Source: the human T2T-CHM13v2.0 reference genome, Homo sapiens. From it: a stretch of 64,000 nt of DNA. Positions within the stretch are counted from its first letter, which is position 1. Each line of letters opens with the position of its first letter. Location of the stretch: assembly GCF_009914755.1 (NCBI RefSeq), contig NC_060939.1; one strand, 5' to 3'. A program made the position numbers and the translations under genes. Positions 1 through 15,555 of this stretch are shown one piece after another. The notes under the pieces were generated by a model. The model saw only the letters and a program-made list of their open reading frames with translations. It was not told where the DNA came from and did no database searches.

Positions 1-229
1 ATCACAGAGAAGTAGAGTGAGAAACCACAGAGGAGAGGAAACGACCTCCAGGTTGCAAAATTAAACAAGTGCGTCAGTTTCTCTACACTTCAATGACGTC
101 ATTTTTACTATTTTTGTGTGATCTCGAAAGTCGTACCTCAATAAGTGATGGTGTGTCAGAGAGGCAGGTGTGTCAGCTACATCCCAGGGTCCATCATGGG
201 CTCAGTCTCGCTGTTCTTCTTCCTTCCCT

Positions 230-700
230 TCGCACCTGTTGAACGCCTGCTTTGTGCTGATGCAGATCCAGACACTAGGGACAGAGTAGTCAACAAAATA
301 GAAAAAAGTCACCTTCCTCATGGAGTTTCCACTAGGAAAGGTGGCAAGCTATAGATATAATCAGAACATAAAGTGTCATGGAGAGAAAGAAAGCAGAGTA
401 GGTGCTGGGGGGGAGGTGTTATCATTTTGTACAGAGTGGTCAGGAAGGACCTCTTCCGAGAAGATAACCTTCACACAAAGATATGGAGGAGGTGAGGAAG
501 TGGGTTGTGTGCATAGCTAGAGAAAAGCCTTCCAGAAAAAGAGAACAGCAAGCATAAAGGCCCCAGGGTAGCAGGAGTGTCCCTGATGTTTCAGGAAGAG
601 CAAGGAAGCAGTGAGGCTGGAGAGGAGGCAGTGAGGCGGCAATGGGAGGAGATGGCAGAGAAGTGAACAGAAGCCACATCATGTAGGGCGTTCCTATCTT
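230..700 (-). mobile_element. L2 LINE fragment (degraded)
   Basis: Resembles the reverse complement of the L2 3' region (gacactagggacagagtagtcaacaaaatag...cctcatggagttt). Boundaries are approximate. Confidence 0.6.
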
Positions 701-1834
701 GTCAGGCAACTCTAGCTGCTTAGTGCACTGAATGAGCGGGATGCACAGGAACCCCATGGGCTCAATGCTGCATCACTCATAGGGCAGAAGGAATCGTTGG
801 CACACGGGCAGTGCTTGCTGTGTCTGCTGTAGACACTGGGTATAGCAGTAAGTCCAAGCTTTGCCTTGGACAAAAGATATGGAGAAATGGCGCACAGGCT
901 GATGGGCTGTGGGCAGAGGGAAAATGGCACTGTCCCGAGGCTTCGTCAGCCAGTCTCTGACTTTGTCCTGGTCACTTTCGGTGGGGAATGTTGGAGGGAG
1001 CTAAGAAAGGGACTCAGATTGCTCACCACCTTCATCAAGTTCTTTTGATCCACTCTTCCCAAACACATAGGCTGTTTTATGACTATTACTAATATAATTC
1101 ATAATAATAATAATAAATAGAATAGCAACACCAATCTAATGCTACTTACTGAGGGTTTATGTGTAAGGAACTCTGCTAATTTCTACATAAATATTATCAG
1201 ACCACATCTATTTGGTTTCCTCTGTATGCGAAGAGTCCTCGCACAGTGTCTGTCTGAGAAAAGGCTTTCAGTAAATACCCTCTGAGTGATTTAATTATCC
1301 TAACAACCTATAAGAATCTGTTTTGATCCATTGAGAGATGTTCCCATGTCTTGAATTTTAGGTATATTTTTCAAGGACAGAAAGCTAGAAGGTAGCAGAG
1401 GTGGGACTCAAATCCAGGTCTTTTGGACTCCAGAGCCTTGTTCACTACCATGTACAGCTGCCTCCTGGTCAGGCGAGGTGTGCTGTTTTGGGATTCTCCT
1501 GGCGCAGGTGTGGTACAGTGAAAAGAGCAGCGTACCCAGGTCACTCAGGGGAAGCCCAACCTAGAGTGCTCTCCAGGGCCGAACTCTCCAGCTTTCCTGT
1601 GATGGCCATTTAGCCTCCTGGCTCTGCTTTCCTCTTTGCCAATTGGGGAGACTAATGACAGCCTGTGGACTTGTTTTAAGAAGTTACAAGGAGCATAAAT
1701 TTTACATTAGAAAGTGCTCAGCGATGTACAAGCAACCATTTTTTAAAGTATCTCCTGTTAATAAACATGCAAAAAACTTACGGCAGGTCAGTGGACAAAT
1801 ATTACTAAATATGCAGAGTTTTAGAGCATTTCAA

Positions 1835-2034
1835 CAGGGGTTGATAAACTTTTTTTTTTAGAAAGGGCCAGAGCTTTGTGGGCCACAGGCCTCTGTCACA
1901 ACTACTCAAGGTGAGGTCACATGACATTGGCCATAGACAACACAAGAACAAGTAGACAGCGGTGTATTTCAATCAAACTTTGTAAAAGCAAGCGGCGGGC
2001 TGGATTTGTCTCATGGGATGTAATTTACTGACTG
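1835..2034. mobile_element. MER58-like hAT-Charlie MITE
   Basis: caggggttgataaactttt...aagggccaga...gccatagacaa...gctggatttg, recalled as MER58A signature blocks. Confidence 0.7.
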
Positions 2035-3249
2035 TTTTATACCATCATATGCTTTAGCAAGGTATATGGACACACACACACGATTCAGATTTTGCTATTA
2101 GATTAGACAGTCAATACAGCAGGGAAATCACTTTTAGAGACCAGTCTTGGAGATGAGAGAGAATTAAATTTATACACCTTGATTGTATGATCCATAACCT
2201 CCTGAAAAGTGGTACAAAAAAATAAGAACAGACTTGGCCGTTTAGTAGGCTTGATTGTCTTCTGAATACACCTTCCAGTTTTGACCTCTCATTGCCATGT
2301 AGCTCACTTTTCATTCTATCACTGTGTCCAGTTGCTGCTTCATGGTTAGTGGAGCCGTCTGATTCCTTTTGCTTATTTTGTAACTTCCTTTGTCCTCTAT
2401 GTATTTGTGTTTGTGACTCCTATATTCTTAAATATACATATTCTAGATAGACAAGATACGGGCTATAGATTAAATATGCAGTATGTATACATTTATATAC
2501 TTTAATGGGGCAGTTTTTAAAGAGAATACTATTGATTTGTTCAGCCAAATTTTTACTCTTATTTAGCTTTTCTGGATGTGGGTTTATGTTTTCTTCCTCT
2601 GAAATGTAAACAAACAGTGACTGCTTGCCTAATTTTTAATTTGGCTTCCTGTGTGTGCCTCATAGTAAGACCCTTCAGACAGCCACATGGGAGATGGTAT
2701 TTGTACAGGATCACATTTAGTGTATATTGAAAGGAAAATGTTTATTCACAACAGTTTCTTGCCCTCAATCTCAAAGTCCTTGGTGACTAGAGAAGATTTT
2801 CTTTTTAAAATAATTGATCTGCCATTCCAGTGTCTCCCCATATCCTGCCGAATTTTAATATATTTGCATTCTTATGGTAGGAAAATCCACATCTAAAGGG
2901 AATGCAAAGTATGTATTACCTTCCCATAAATTTCAGTTTAGCAAGGCAGAATGGAAATATCAATGCAAAGTTGCTTTTATTTAAAAAAACACAAATGAAA
3001 AACACTTACCTGAAAGGCAGCAGTGAGAGCTATGCAAGGGAAGACTAATCTCATAATAGTGCTCATTCCAAGATGTTAATGCTGTGTTTCTGAATGCTAG
3101 TATGTAATTAGACAGTTTTGTCATATTGAGACTTATTAGCTTTGACAATATTTAAAATTATTTCTCTTCCTGAGTATGTACTTGTACAAAATTTGTTTGA
3201 AATGTTAAAATGATGCTTATTAGGTAAACAATCAATAGATAGTACGTCC

Positions 3250-3640
3250 CCAGGATGGAACACTACTCAGCAATAAAAAAGAATGACGCAGATGACAACC
3301 TTTACGGATTTCGAAGGCATTAAGTTGGGTAAAAGATTCCAGTCTCAAACATTTAAATACTGTATGATTCCAATGATATGATATTCTAGAAAAGATAAAA
3401 CTATATGATGAAAATATACAATTACTTGCCATGGTTCTAGAGTTGGAAGATTTGACCACAGATGGGGGTCAAAGTGGAATAGCACAGAGGCATTTTTTTG
3501 GGTGGTAGAACTGTTCTATTATTATGATTGTGGTGGGGGTTATACAAATATATACAGGTGTTTAAAACTATGGCAGTGTACACATGGAAAATGTCAATTT
3601 TACAGTGTGTTAATTTTTTTAAGTAAATTTTTTTTAAAAA
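3250..3640 (+). mobile_element. Old L1M 3'-end fragment
   Basis: atggaacactactcagcaataaaaaagaatga...tactgtatgattcca...attctagaaaag, typical of an L1M 3' UTR. Confidence 0.6.
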
Positions 3641-4107
3641 GGCCAAGCACAGTAGCTCATATCTGTAATTCTAGTGCTTTGTGGGAGGCCAAGGCGGGAA
3701 GATCGCTTAAGGCTAGGAGATGGAGACCAGCCTGGGCTGGTGTGCGACAGTTATGGCAGCTGTGAGAAGGCATCTCTACAAAAATAAATTTTGTAAGAAA
3801 ATTTATAAAATAAATAAAACTATTTTATTATAAAATATTTCATAACATAAAATAATATATAATACTACAACATATATCTATTTTAAAATTTTTATATTCT
3901 AAAATATTTATAAAATAAAACAAAACTTAGCCAAGTGTGATGGTGTGCACTTGTAATCTCAGCTACTCAGGAGGCCGAGGCAGGAGGATGGCTTAAAGTT
4001 CCAGGAGGTCGAGGCTGCAGTGAGCTATGAACATGTCAGTGCACTCCAGCCTGGGTGACAGAGGGAGACCTTGTCTCAAAAACAAACAAACAAACATAAA
4101 CAAAAAA
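3641..4107 (+). mobile_element. AluJ-like, with a ~140-bp AT-rich expansion between the arms (3785-3925)
   Basis: Left arm ggccaagcacagtagctcat..., right arm ttagccaagtgtgatgg..., and an (AAAC)n tail. Confidence 0.85.
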
Positions 4108-4148
4108 CTAAGGGAATCCACAGTGCTTGGTTACATTTATTGGGAACT

Positions 4149-4473
<325 letters not shown>

Positions 4474-6554
4474 TAAAAATCTTGTAATATTGGTATTCTG
4501 GGGTATTCCTGATGAAATAAATATTAATTCTGCTCTTTTTAATGAAAAAAGTAAGTTACTGATGTAGTTTCTAGGTTTATAAAGCAGGTGAAAATAATGC
4601 AACTTCTACTCAACGAATAATACCACAGGCACTATGCAAGAGTGTGGGGGAATATCCAAAGTTATGTGTCCCCCAGCGGCTGTAACTCCATCCTCCTGTG
4701 CATATGGAACATTTTGCTGTTCTTTATGGTAATCACTTTCCTATCTTGGTGTTTATATATGGTGTGTGACAGTTACGGTGGCTGTGGGAACCATAACTTT
4801 AAGTTCTGTGACTTTTCTGTGAGTAAAACCAGCCATAATGTTGAATTAATGTCATTGCTCACATTGAATTTCCTTGTTGTTATAAGTGGAAGACTTATCA
4901 CATATTTGAATAAAAGCTCTGTTTTCATTTTTGATAACATGTAAATGATGGTGGTTAGGTGGATTAATTTTGTCATTTAATTAACATCATCATTCAGTAC
5001 AGTGAGGACAACTTGGGAGAATATATATGGTCCAGTCTGAGGGGTGATACGGTTTAATCATACCTCTGTCCACTCCTCCATTTGAAAGTAGAAGATACAA
5101 GACCATCATTATCCTTGGCTAATGACATAACACTTTAATCAAAAGTGTTATTATCCACTTTAGTGGATCCCAATAGTTTTGTGGAATTATCTTCAAAATG
5201 GGATTGGTTAGGTAGAGCATTGATTCAATTAATAGAACTGGAGACCATAGCATGTGATTTTTCAGGCTTCAGAGCATCAGCACCGTTTACTCTTGGCTCT
5301 GCATGTGAAGGCATGGTTATTGATGCTGGAAATCAGGCAGAACGATTGCATTTGATTGCATTATTGGGAAATGATAGTGTATGGTATAAAACACATACAA
5401 ATAAATCTATTGATATTGGGAAATTCAGTAAGTTGAATAAGGTTCTGATTATTGGCATAAAGTGGACTTCAGAGAGTACTGCCCAACTCACCTGGGGGTC
5501 CTTTTATACATAACACATGCAGGAGATACCAAGAACTAAGGGAGAGGTTGTTTGGCAAAGGACCTGTAGCCTCTTTTCTTGTCTGTCATCAAGCCACATT
5601 GAGAGTTAGGGCTGTCTTCCTGCCTAGGCAGTGGTGGTACTTCCTCAGTCAGAGGCATATAGTGGCTATAGTGCCAGGGCCCTAGAAAAAGCTTGTGTCT
5701 GAAATCACTCTTGATCCTGTGCGAATTAACCTGAACTGAACACAGTGTATTCACAGTCTAGGGACATTAAACCTGGGACTGATGGGGAAAGAGGCAAGGG
5801 TAAGAACCGCAGATTACAAGAACCTTAGGGCCTCTTTGTCCTAGCCCCATGAGGCTCCATTCCTTCTTGTACTCAGGGCTTGTTTCTGCCCAGTTGCAGC
5901 CTTTCTCGATGTCACTGCATGCAGAGGCAGTGGGCCAGAAAGCCCGTCCTTGTTTGCAGCTCCTCACCATTTCTCGTGGGTGCTGAAGATTTGCCCCCTG
6001 GTCTGGATGTTTTGTTGCTTCTTGAAGCTGCACTGGACAGAGCGAATGTGTGTCTCGGAAGGTAGCCTGCCATCAAGCTGGATGTCTGAGTCATGTCCAG
6101 GTGGTCACTGTGCATGGAAAGGACAAATGTCATCAGTGCCCCTACCCGCAGTGGCTCATGGTTTCCTAAGCATTGTCTCCGGGGCTGCCTCTCATCTCCA
6201 AATTGGCCCATAGCAATGAAGTTATCCAGTCGTCTTTGGAGGGGAAATTCCGTGGTTTTCATTGACGCAATCAGTCCTGGCTAATGTGCCAAACAGGAAT
6301 ATCCTCAAATTGCTGGGAGGCCATTTGCCCATGTCCCCCCTCCACTCTGCCTCTCATTGCAGGCAGCTGTCCTCACATTCAGCCCAGAAACTCTGTTAAA
6401 GTTCCAGAAACAGATAAAATCTCCTTTGTGCCTATAAAAGCTGACACAACTGAGGAATCTGTGCCCCATACTAACTACTGCATGATGCAGGTGTCATTGC
6501 CCTGTGGACTCATTTCCTGGGTACGAGAAGCATTTTAAAATTGGGAAACATAGG

Positions 6555-6878
<324 letters not shown>

Positions 6879-7415
6879 TCATTCTGAGGTCATCTGTTCA
6901 GAATTTGCATTTCCCAGTTTTGGTTTGGCGATTGACCAGTTGCTAGCCCCATGAAGGTATGGCTTGAGGAATGTCTCTCAGATCACTCTTTGAAACGTTT
7001 CCTTCCGAACGGACATGCTCGATTCTCTGGATCCTGAGCTGCTCGTTTCACATCGGAGGCTGGGGGCCGGGCTGGCCCACTTGGGAGGGATCTGGCACAG
7101 TGGCTGTGCTGCCCCGCTGCTTTCTCTGGGAACAAAGCTATTTGCATGCTAAACATGTGGGTGAACTAGGGATGCCATGTGGCCCAGCAGGGGCGTGCAG
7201 TTCCTCTTATCCAGTGACTTAGGCGGCAGAGGACACAGCTAGGATGACACCTCTGCATCCACGTCTCCTTGCCACACAAACAGGAAGGCGGCCCTCACTG
7301 AAGCTGCATATGCAAATATCAGATTTCCAAAGGAAAAGACCTGATAGAGGGTATCTTCCTGAGTTGGTATTAATTTGCTTTTGTAAAGCAGATTTTTTTT
7401 TCTTTTTCTTTGCAG

Positions 7416-7478
7416 AAGCTATGTGGAAGCAGTGACCTGAATGCTTCTATGACATCTCAACATTTTGAAGAACAATCT
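7416..7478 (+). CDS. MCTP2: MCTP2 coding exon A ([21 protein letters not shown]), 63 nt, phase 0-0
   Basis: Acceptor ttttctttgcag|AAG and donor TCT|gtgagt. In frame with exon B. Confidence 0.93.
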
Positions 7479-8662
7479 GTGAGTGGCATTCCTTAAAAAG
7501 AAACATTAAATGTTGTAGATATTTCTCATCAAATGTTTGGGTTTGTATTTTTTTTGCCTCTTTTATTGCTAAAAAAAAAAAAAAAATGCCAAACCGTATC
7601 CACTTACAAAACCAGGCCTTGCAAATTTTCGCTGGAGGAGATTAATTCAGTATCTATTGATTTGTCAGACTGGGATAGATTCTTCTAAAAATACAGAGTA
7701 ACTATGAAATTGAGTGAGATAGTAAGGCAGATAAAGCCAGTTTGAAGTGCTTTGAAACTTTCAAAAGAAGGCTGTCAAGGGTGGCTTAGCCACAGGATCG
7801 ATTAATTGAATGTCCAATAAGTGAATGATAAATGATTTTATTTGCCCTTTTCCCTTTAAGGACAGTCAAAAGTTTGAAATGACTCAAAAATTTAATTGGG
7901 CTCATGTAATACATATTCAAAAACAGACTTGAATTCTACAATATGGCCAGCAGGAGTTGATGCATTTCTGGAGGAGGAAGTGACTGAGTTGCGGGAAGGT
8001 GAGACTGTGAGGATTAGAGTAAGAGACACTAAGAGTGGGTGCCAGAGAATGAAAGAGAAGGGTGGAAAAGCCGGGAGAGCACTGGACAGAGACAATGTCC
8101 TTTGGGGACCCAGGGAAGAGCATGTGTCAGTTGGACATGTGGGCTTGTGGGGGCATCAGCTGAGTGCCCAGAACTGAAATTTTACTACACATGGAAGTCT
8201 ACAGAGGTGATGGGGGTTGGTGGGAAGGGTGGAGAACAGGACGGGGCATCTTACATCTGAACTTGGAAGCGGGGACACATGTTCTTGGGAGCCAGGCCTG
8301 CAGCTGCACTTCTTCCTCCTGTTGCCTCTCTTGGGGCTCTACCCTGAGTTTTATAACAAGGGATCCTGCAGTAATTTAATGAGGGTATTTCAGAGGTTGG
8401 TTATCTAATTCTTGGAAGGCTAACCTTGCAAAGATGTAATCATATTTGCTTCTGAATACTGATAAAATCCCACTGGGGAGAAATGTAAGGGACTTTTTAA
8501 TAAAGCAGGGTAACCAAGTTGTCATAGTGAGGAGGAGTTGGGGATGACAGTCGATCATCATAGTGGCCTTTCTTTTTTCCCTCCAAAATCGAGAAGTATT
8601 TCTGAAATTCTCTTGCTTGGGCCCAAGACATACTGTCTTAACTGCCTTCTCCATCTGTGCAG

Positions 8663-8771
8663 GTACCGGGGGAAGCCAGTGATGGCTTGAGTAACCTCCC
8701 CAGCCCTTTTGCGTACCTCCTCACCATACACCTGAAGGAAGGCCGGAACCTGGTTGTCCGAGATCGCTGTG
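8663..8771 (+). CDS. MCTP2: MCTP2 coding exon B ([37 protein letters not shown]), start of C2A, 109 nt, phase 0-1
   Basis: Acceptor ctgtgcag|GTA and donor TGTG|gtaaga. Contains the C2 first strand and loop 1 ([11 protein letters not shown]). Confidence 0.96.
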
Positions 8772-9529
8772 GTAAGACCTGGGTCTGTTATGGTGGGTGT
8801 AGCCTGGAAACTTCTTTCTCTCTGTCCTTGTATCAATATTGTCAGTCAGGCTTTGACATCACAGCATGGTTTAGGATAGACAGTGGCTCAAATCTAAGTC
8901 TCTCCAGGTATAAGACATTTGCAGTGAATCATTTAAACACACTAAACCTTACTATCCTTCTTTATTATTAGGTTAATGATACGAATCATCACGTGAAGTT
9001 GTTTTAGAATGGAATGAGATAACTCTGATAGCTTTACGCCTGGCCTATGGCAACTGTTCAAGAAAATGTTTCCTCAATCCTACTTTAATTATTCATGAGA
9101 AAAATGTGAGCCCATCCTTAGTATAAGGTCATCAGATGTACACATTGACAGAAATGCCTTTGAAACTATCTCCCTTCTGCTTTGAAATCTCACTGGACTC
9201 CCTCTAATAGCTAGTGTCTGCCTGTGATTGTTTTATTTATCTTTTACAAGTCTCTACCTAGCCATAAATACATACCTGTATATTTTTAAATGTACAGGTC
9301 TTCAAAATTGACCATGCTTTTCCATGTACATATATTGCCTTTCTTTTAAATACTACGTATTATTTAATGTATAACTATGTGCATTATGTATAATGTATAA
9401 TGTTTTGTTTATCTATTTCTCTACTGGTGGTAGCTGTTTTTTTCCTTCTGTCTTTGCACTATAAATGATGCTGTAATGAACATATTGTATATGCTTCTGT
9501 GCACAGATAAGGCTAAACCTTATATTAAA

Positions 9530-9715
9530 ATGGCATGTGGTTAAGAGCAGACAGTTGAGCTAGACTACCTGGGCCCGGATCTTGGCTTCTCCATTCATGG
9601 CTGTTGGATCTGAGAAATGTTGCTTGACCACTTGATGCCTTGGGTTGTTTATTTGTAAAACAAGGATAGTAAGATTCACCTACCTTACAGGCTGTTGGGA
9701 AGATGGCAGGCATTA
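9530..9715 (+). mobile_element. MIR
   Basis: gtggttaagagc...tttgtaaaacaaggatagtaa...cctaccttacaggctgttgggaagat, the MIR core. Confidence 0.65.
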
Positions 9716-11287
9716 ACTTATATAACGTCCAGTATTCAATTGAGTGTTTTCTTCTAAATTTTTATAATTCTTCATAATTTTCAGCATTGACATTAGTTAT
9801 ATATTGCAAATATTTTTCTCCCAGTCTGTTGCTTATCCTTAATTGTATGGCCTCTTTTGTCCTTTAGAAGTTTTTCATTTCATTGTAGGCAAATATATCT
9901 GTTTTTTTCTTTATGATATTTATTTATTTATTTGGTTCAGTAGCTGAGGCCTTTTTATTCTAAAGAGTTCTTTTTCTTGCTTCGGTTCTTGGACGGTTTC
10001 TCCTGTTGCTTCCTCTCTATTCTGTTTTGGAACATCTTTTCAATAAAGGAAGGGTCTATTGACTCTTTGATCTGTCTTCTATGTCTCTTAGGTTTTCTTT
10101 TTCATTTTTCCCATGACTTTTTCCTCTCGGGAAGAATTCTTCAGCTTGATCTTCAGCTTGCTCATTTTCTTGTCAGTTGTTTACATTGTACTGTTCTGTT
10201 TACCAATTGTTATGTTTTTCATTTTTATAACCTATTTTGTTTGACAATCCCATCCCTTTTTGAGAATATTAAGTATTCATTTAAAATATCCTGCTTGCTG
10301 CTCTATTTCTTGGATATCAGTTTAATGTATTGACTGTCTCCCATTTAGGACATTATTTTCTTTTACATGTTTGATTCTCTGGAGCGGTTTGCTTATCATT
10401 TTATTTGTGTTTTTCTCTTCCCCCATCTGTGGATGTTATTTTTGCTTACTATGTCCTGCAATTTGGTGATGATGAGGAGAGCCGGGGCATGCTGCAGGAC
10501 AGGGTGAGCCGGTAGTTCAGGCTAGGTTCTTCCCATTCCTCCTGGTTATCACCTGCCACTTAAAGCTTTTCTCTCTGCATACGCCTGTGCTATCTGCTTC
10601 TGCTTATTTTCAGGTGCCTTTGCCGGGCATTGCTCAGCCTCAAGGCATAGGACAGTGCTGGCCCATCCAGCTCTCTTTTTGTGCTGAACCCACCAGTCAC
10701 ACTGAGCTGCACTGGCCATCTTACCTGCTGCCTCCAAGCCTGGAGCATTCGTGGTTCACCTGCCATACACCCTTCCACCCTCCTACCCTCCCACTCCACC
10801 ACTACCCAGAAACATCTTTGCTGTGACTCTCTACTGCTCATGTCTCTGGATATGGATTCTTTCATGAACTGATCTCATGTGGCTTTCATCTTTCAGAACT
10901 GTATGAAGTATGTCCTTTTTTTTCTTAAAATTTCTCTCTCTCTTGCTCATGTTTTCTCAGATGTAGCATTTTAAAATAGTGAAAAAATTATTGCCTACTT
11001 GTTGGTAAATAGTTTTTTTTAATCAAAGTCATAATTTCTTACCTATCAAGTGTATCCCTTCTCATTTCTATTATTATTATAAATGTATCTATTTTTACAA
11101 CTGCATCTCTTGTGTTCTTTTTAATGGCTTGGGGCAGATAGCATTTTATGCCTGAAATAATATCTGAAAGATGTAATCATAAACCAGTGTAGGGGTGCCT
11201 CCCACAGATATCCTGATTCTTACCCTGATCCGGCACAGTGTCCAGTGGTTACTTTTGTCAAAAATGATTATCAAATTCATTTTGTAA

Positions 11288-11707
<420 letters not shown>

Positions 11708-12534
11708 AATAGTTTTTAAGTTTAGGGATATATACAGGCCCTGGACCTCTTCTGTTGGCCAACTACTCCTTTTCTAGCTTTCTCCATTTTTTTCTAGTTC
11801 TTTCTCCCTCACTGCTGTCAGGCAATACTATACTTCTCTATCAAACTGATGCAGTTACAGCAGATTCCGAGTAGATGGTCAGTACACTGATTAGATGATG
11901 AAGCCGTTGCACACATCGGAAAATGATACAATAGGGCTTATGTGCACTTGCTCCATATCTTGCTGTTTCAAGACCAAAGTCTGCTCTAACCCCAGCCATT
12001 GTCATCTCTCTCTGCAGAGTTTCATCACAGTCAAAACATCATGTGAGAATTTGGCTTTTATTTTGTGCAAACCTAATATAATCCAAATGTAAATACCTAA
12101 TAAGGAGTCTAGGTCATAAACTGTGCTGTTTCAGTCCCCATTTCTTTTGAAACCAGTAGTAATTGTTCTTGGTTTTTTTTTTTTTCTTTCATTTTGGGGA
12201 TGCTTTATTGTTATCTGTTAAGAAAATACCCCACTCTTTCAACATTTTTTATTTCATTTTTATACCTTGGGGATGCCTTCCTATGCTCTGACTATGTCAA
12301 CTTCTGTTTGATTATCACAAGTATTAAGATGAAGGTATGATCTTGAGCCTGCTCAGGGCAAGACGGCATTTGAGTGTCTACTGTGGGTTCAAGAAGGGGT
12401 CCTCATTACTAATACATGTGCTCCCTCACTCCTGCCTCCTTTGCCTAGGTACAGCGTCACTTTTCAATACAGCATTATTTTCTACAAAACCCAACCCAGA
12501 CTCAGAAGTTTTATCTAACACAATCCTTTGGACC

Positions 12535-12725
12535 AATAGTTCTCAAAATTGAATGAGCCTCAGAAGAGTCTTAGGAACTAATGAAAATGCACATCTCTGA
12601 GCCCCGCACACAGACTCTCTGATTCAGTGTGTCTGGGGTGGGGCCTGGGAATTTGCGTTTCTAACAAGTTCCCAGGTAAGGCTGATGCTGCTGGCCCAGG
12701 AACCACACTTGGAGAACCTTTGCTC
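12535..12725. mobile_element. MER5A-like hAT-Charlie MITE
   Basis: ttctcaaa...ctgattcagtgtgtctggggtggggcctgggaatttgcgtttctaacaagttcccagg...ccacacttggagaac. Confidence 0.8.
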
Positions 12726-13266
12726 TAGGCAGTCCCTGTCACAGGTGGGTGTCGGCACATGAGAAGAAACCCATGCTTCTCCTTAGAGGTAGAGTTTCAA
12801 CTCTTGATTATGTTAGCCAGACATTGTATTTTCCTGGGGCTTTTTCTCATTACCTGTTTGCTGTCTGTCATTGGTCTCAGCTTTACTTAATTTGTATTGG
12901 AATATAATTTAATTTAGTATTAACCCAATTAAAACAGGTTTAAGAAACTGTGTGATATGCTAAAGTACTAACTATAACATGTTTTTGGCTTATCTATGCA
13001 TTTACAATATTTAGTCTTTATAACGTGTTCTCCAATTCTGTAGATACTAAACCAATAGCTTATTGTTGCAATAGGAAGTATCTTTCAATACAGACTCAGA
13101 TGGCATTTGTCCTATGCAGTCTTTTATGTTTTTCACAGGCATAAGCTCTGTCTCACCTCAATCTTATAAGATTTTACCTTTATAAAACATATACCTTTAT
13201 CCTTAATTGGGGAAATGACTGATCTGCTCTATTACAATCTTAGTGCTGTATTAGGAGGGAGAATAG

Positions 13267-13575
<309 letters not shown>

Positions 13576-14169
13576 CTAGTTTATTAATCTTTGTATGCCC
13601 TCCTGTGCTATAACTGATGGTTTATACACAGAATATTTTTAATAAATTTTAGTTCTTCGTTGAAGAAATCCAACTTCAGTGCTGGACTTAAGGAGCATTG
13701 AGGCCTGTTATACAAGGGAAAGTACCTTTTCAGAATGAACAGTATTTAGTCACTTACTCCCTTATTCAACAAGCATGTCTTGGGTTTCCTCAGTGAAATG
13801 GGCACTACACTGGTGTTCTTCTGGGGCTTGGTGATGAAAGTCAGCAAAAAGGATTTATATGATTTCAGAGATGAAGATGACTTTCATATAGGTCACCTGG
13901 TCCAGCTGCTGATTTAATGGAAGCTTTAATTCAGGAAATGGAAGCACAAAAATTGAATGACTTATTGAGGGTCACGTTGGGAGGCAAGATTCAGAGCAGA
14001 CTGGGTGGCTCAGTGGGACAAGAAGAGGATTTGGATTTGGTCTACTACTTGGCTTTGTGACCTCCTTGTACAACTTACATAACCTCTCTAAAATGGGTGT
14101 GATGTACCTTGCCTCATAATGTGATTGTAAGGACTGAAAAAAGTAAAACAATATGGATGAGGCTGGGGG

Positions 14170-14575
14170 ACAAAATGTTAAGTAAAATAAGTCAGGCACA
14201 AAAAGACAAATATCCCATATTCTGACTCACGTGTGAGCTAGAAAGTTGATCCGTGGAGACAGAGAGGAGAATGCTTACTACCAGAGGCTGGGAAGGGTGG
14301 GAATGGGGAAAATGAAGAAGGGTTGGTTAAGGGGTACAAAAATACAGTAGAAAGAATAAGTTACAGTGTTCAATGGCTCAGTAGGGTGACTATACTTAAT
14401 AATAATTTATTGTATATTTCAAAATAGAAGAGAAGATTTGGAATATTCCCAACACAAATGATGTGTTTGAGGTGATGCATATTTCAATTAGGCTGATTTG
14501 ATCATTACACATTGTATGCATGTATCAAAATATTACGTGTACCCCATAAATATGTACTATTATTATTAATAAAGA
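14170..14575 (+). mobile_element. L1MA-type 3' end
   Basis: aaataagtcaggcacaaaaagacaaata...ccagaggctgggaaggg...tgtaccccataaatatgtac. Confidence 0.8.
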
Positions 14576-14816
14576 TGTATAGATGCCATAGTGGCCTACA
14601 TTTAGAAAATAGGCAATAGATATGTTGTTATAGTAATTAATGAATAATCATAATGCAAGTTGGCCATGTTCTTGACTCCCAGTACAGAACTCATTGCTGT
14701 GTTCCATGTCAGCTCCCCCGTCATTGAATTAGATGCTTGGTCCCTAACTTGTGTCAGTTTGCCAATTTCTCTGTGCTCTCTCTATGATCTGTCTTTAGCA
14801 TAGGGTTTTTAAAATA

Positions 14817-15251
14817 CAGCTAATCAATAAACAATGCAGGAGGTTAGGGGTGCCAACCCCTCATGCAGTCAGAAACCCACATATAACTTTTGAATTCCCC
14901 AAAACACAACTACTAGTGGCCTACTGTTGACCAGAAGCCTTACTGATAACATAAACAGCCCGTTGGCATATATTTTGTATATGTATTATATACTGTATTC
15001 TTATAATAAGGTAAGCTAGAGAAGAAGTGTTAAGAAAATCATAAAAGAGAGAAAGTAGATTTATTATTCGTTAGGTGAAAGTGGATCATCATAAAAGCCT
15101 GCACCCTCATTGTCTTCACATCCAATTGGCTGAGGAGGAGGTGAAAGACCAGGGTTTGGTCTTGCTGTCTCAGGAGATGCAGAGGAGGACAAAAATTCTG
15201 TATAAGTGAACCCTTGCAGTTGTTCAAATGCATGTTTTCAAGAGTCACCTG
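14817..15251. mobile_element. Tigger2a/MER28-like TcMar DNA element
   Basis: ta|cag...ggttaggggtgccaacccc...ctactgttgaccagaagccttactgataacataaacag...ctg|ta, with TA target-site duplications. Confidence 0.75.
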
Positions 15252-15555
15252 TATTTTATTTTCCTATGTGGAATCATGTATTTAATTTTAAGTAAAAAAC
15301 ACGGATCTAATTAATCACATATTTTTTATTATGACAGAGGCTCCTTCAGAGTTATTCAAATGTGTTGCAACCTTGACCATGGAGGAGCAGCAGCTTTAGG
15401 GCCTTTAATTCCAATTGCACAGCCCCTGTTTTTGAATTTTTTTTTTTTTAGGGAGAAAAGCTATTTTGATGAATCACTCTCTGCTAAGGAAGGAGTTCTG
15501 CATTTTCTTCGGATTGTTACATAATCATTACTGTCTGTTACTTTCTGTCTAGAAC

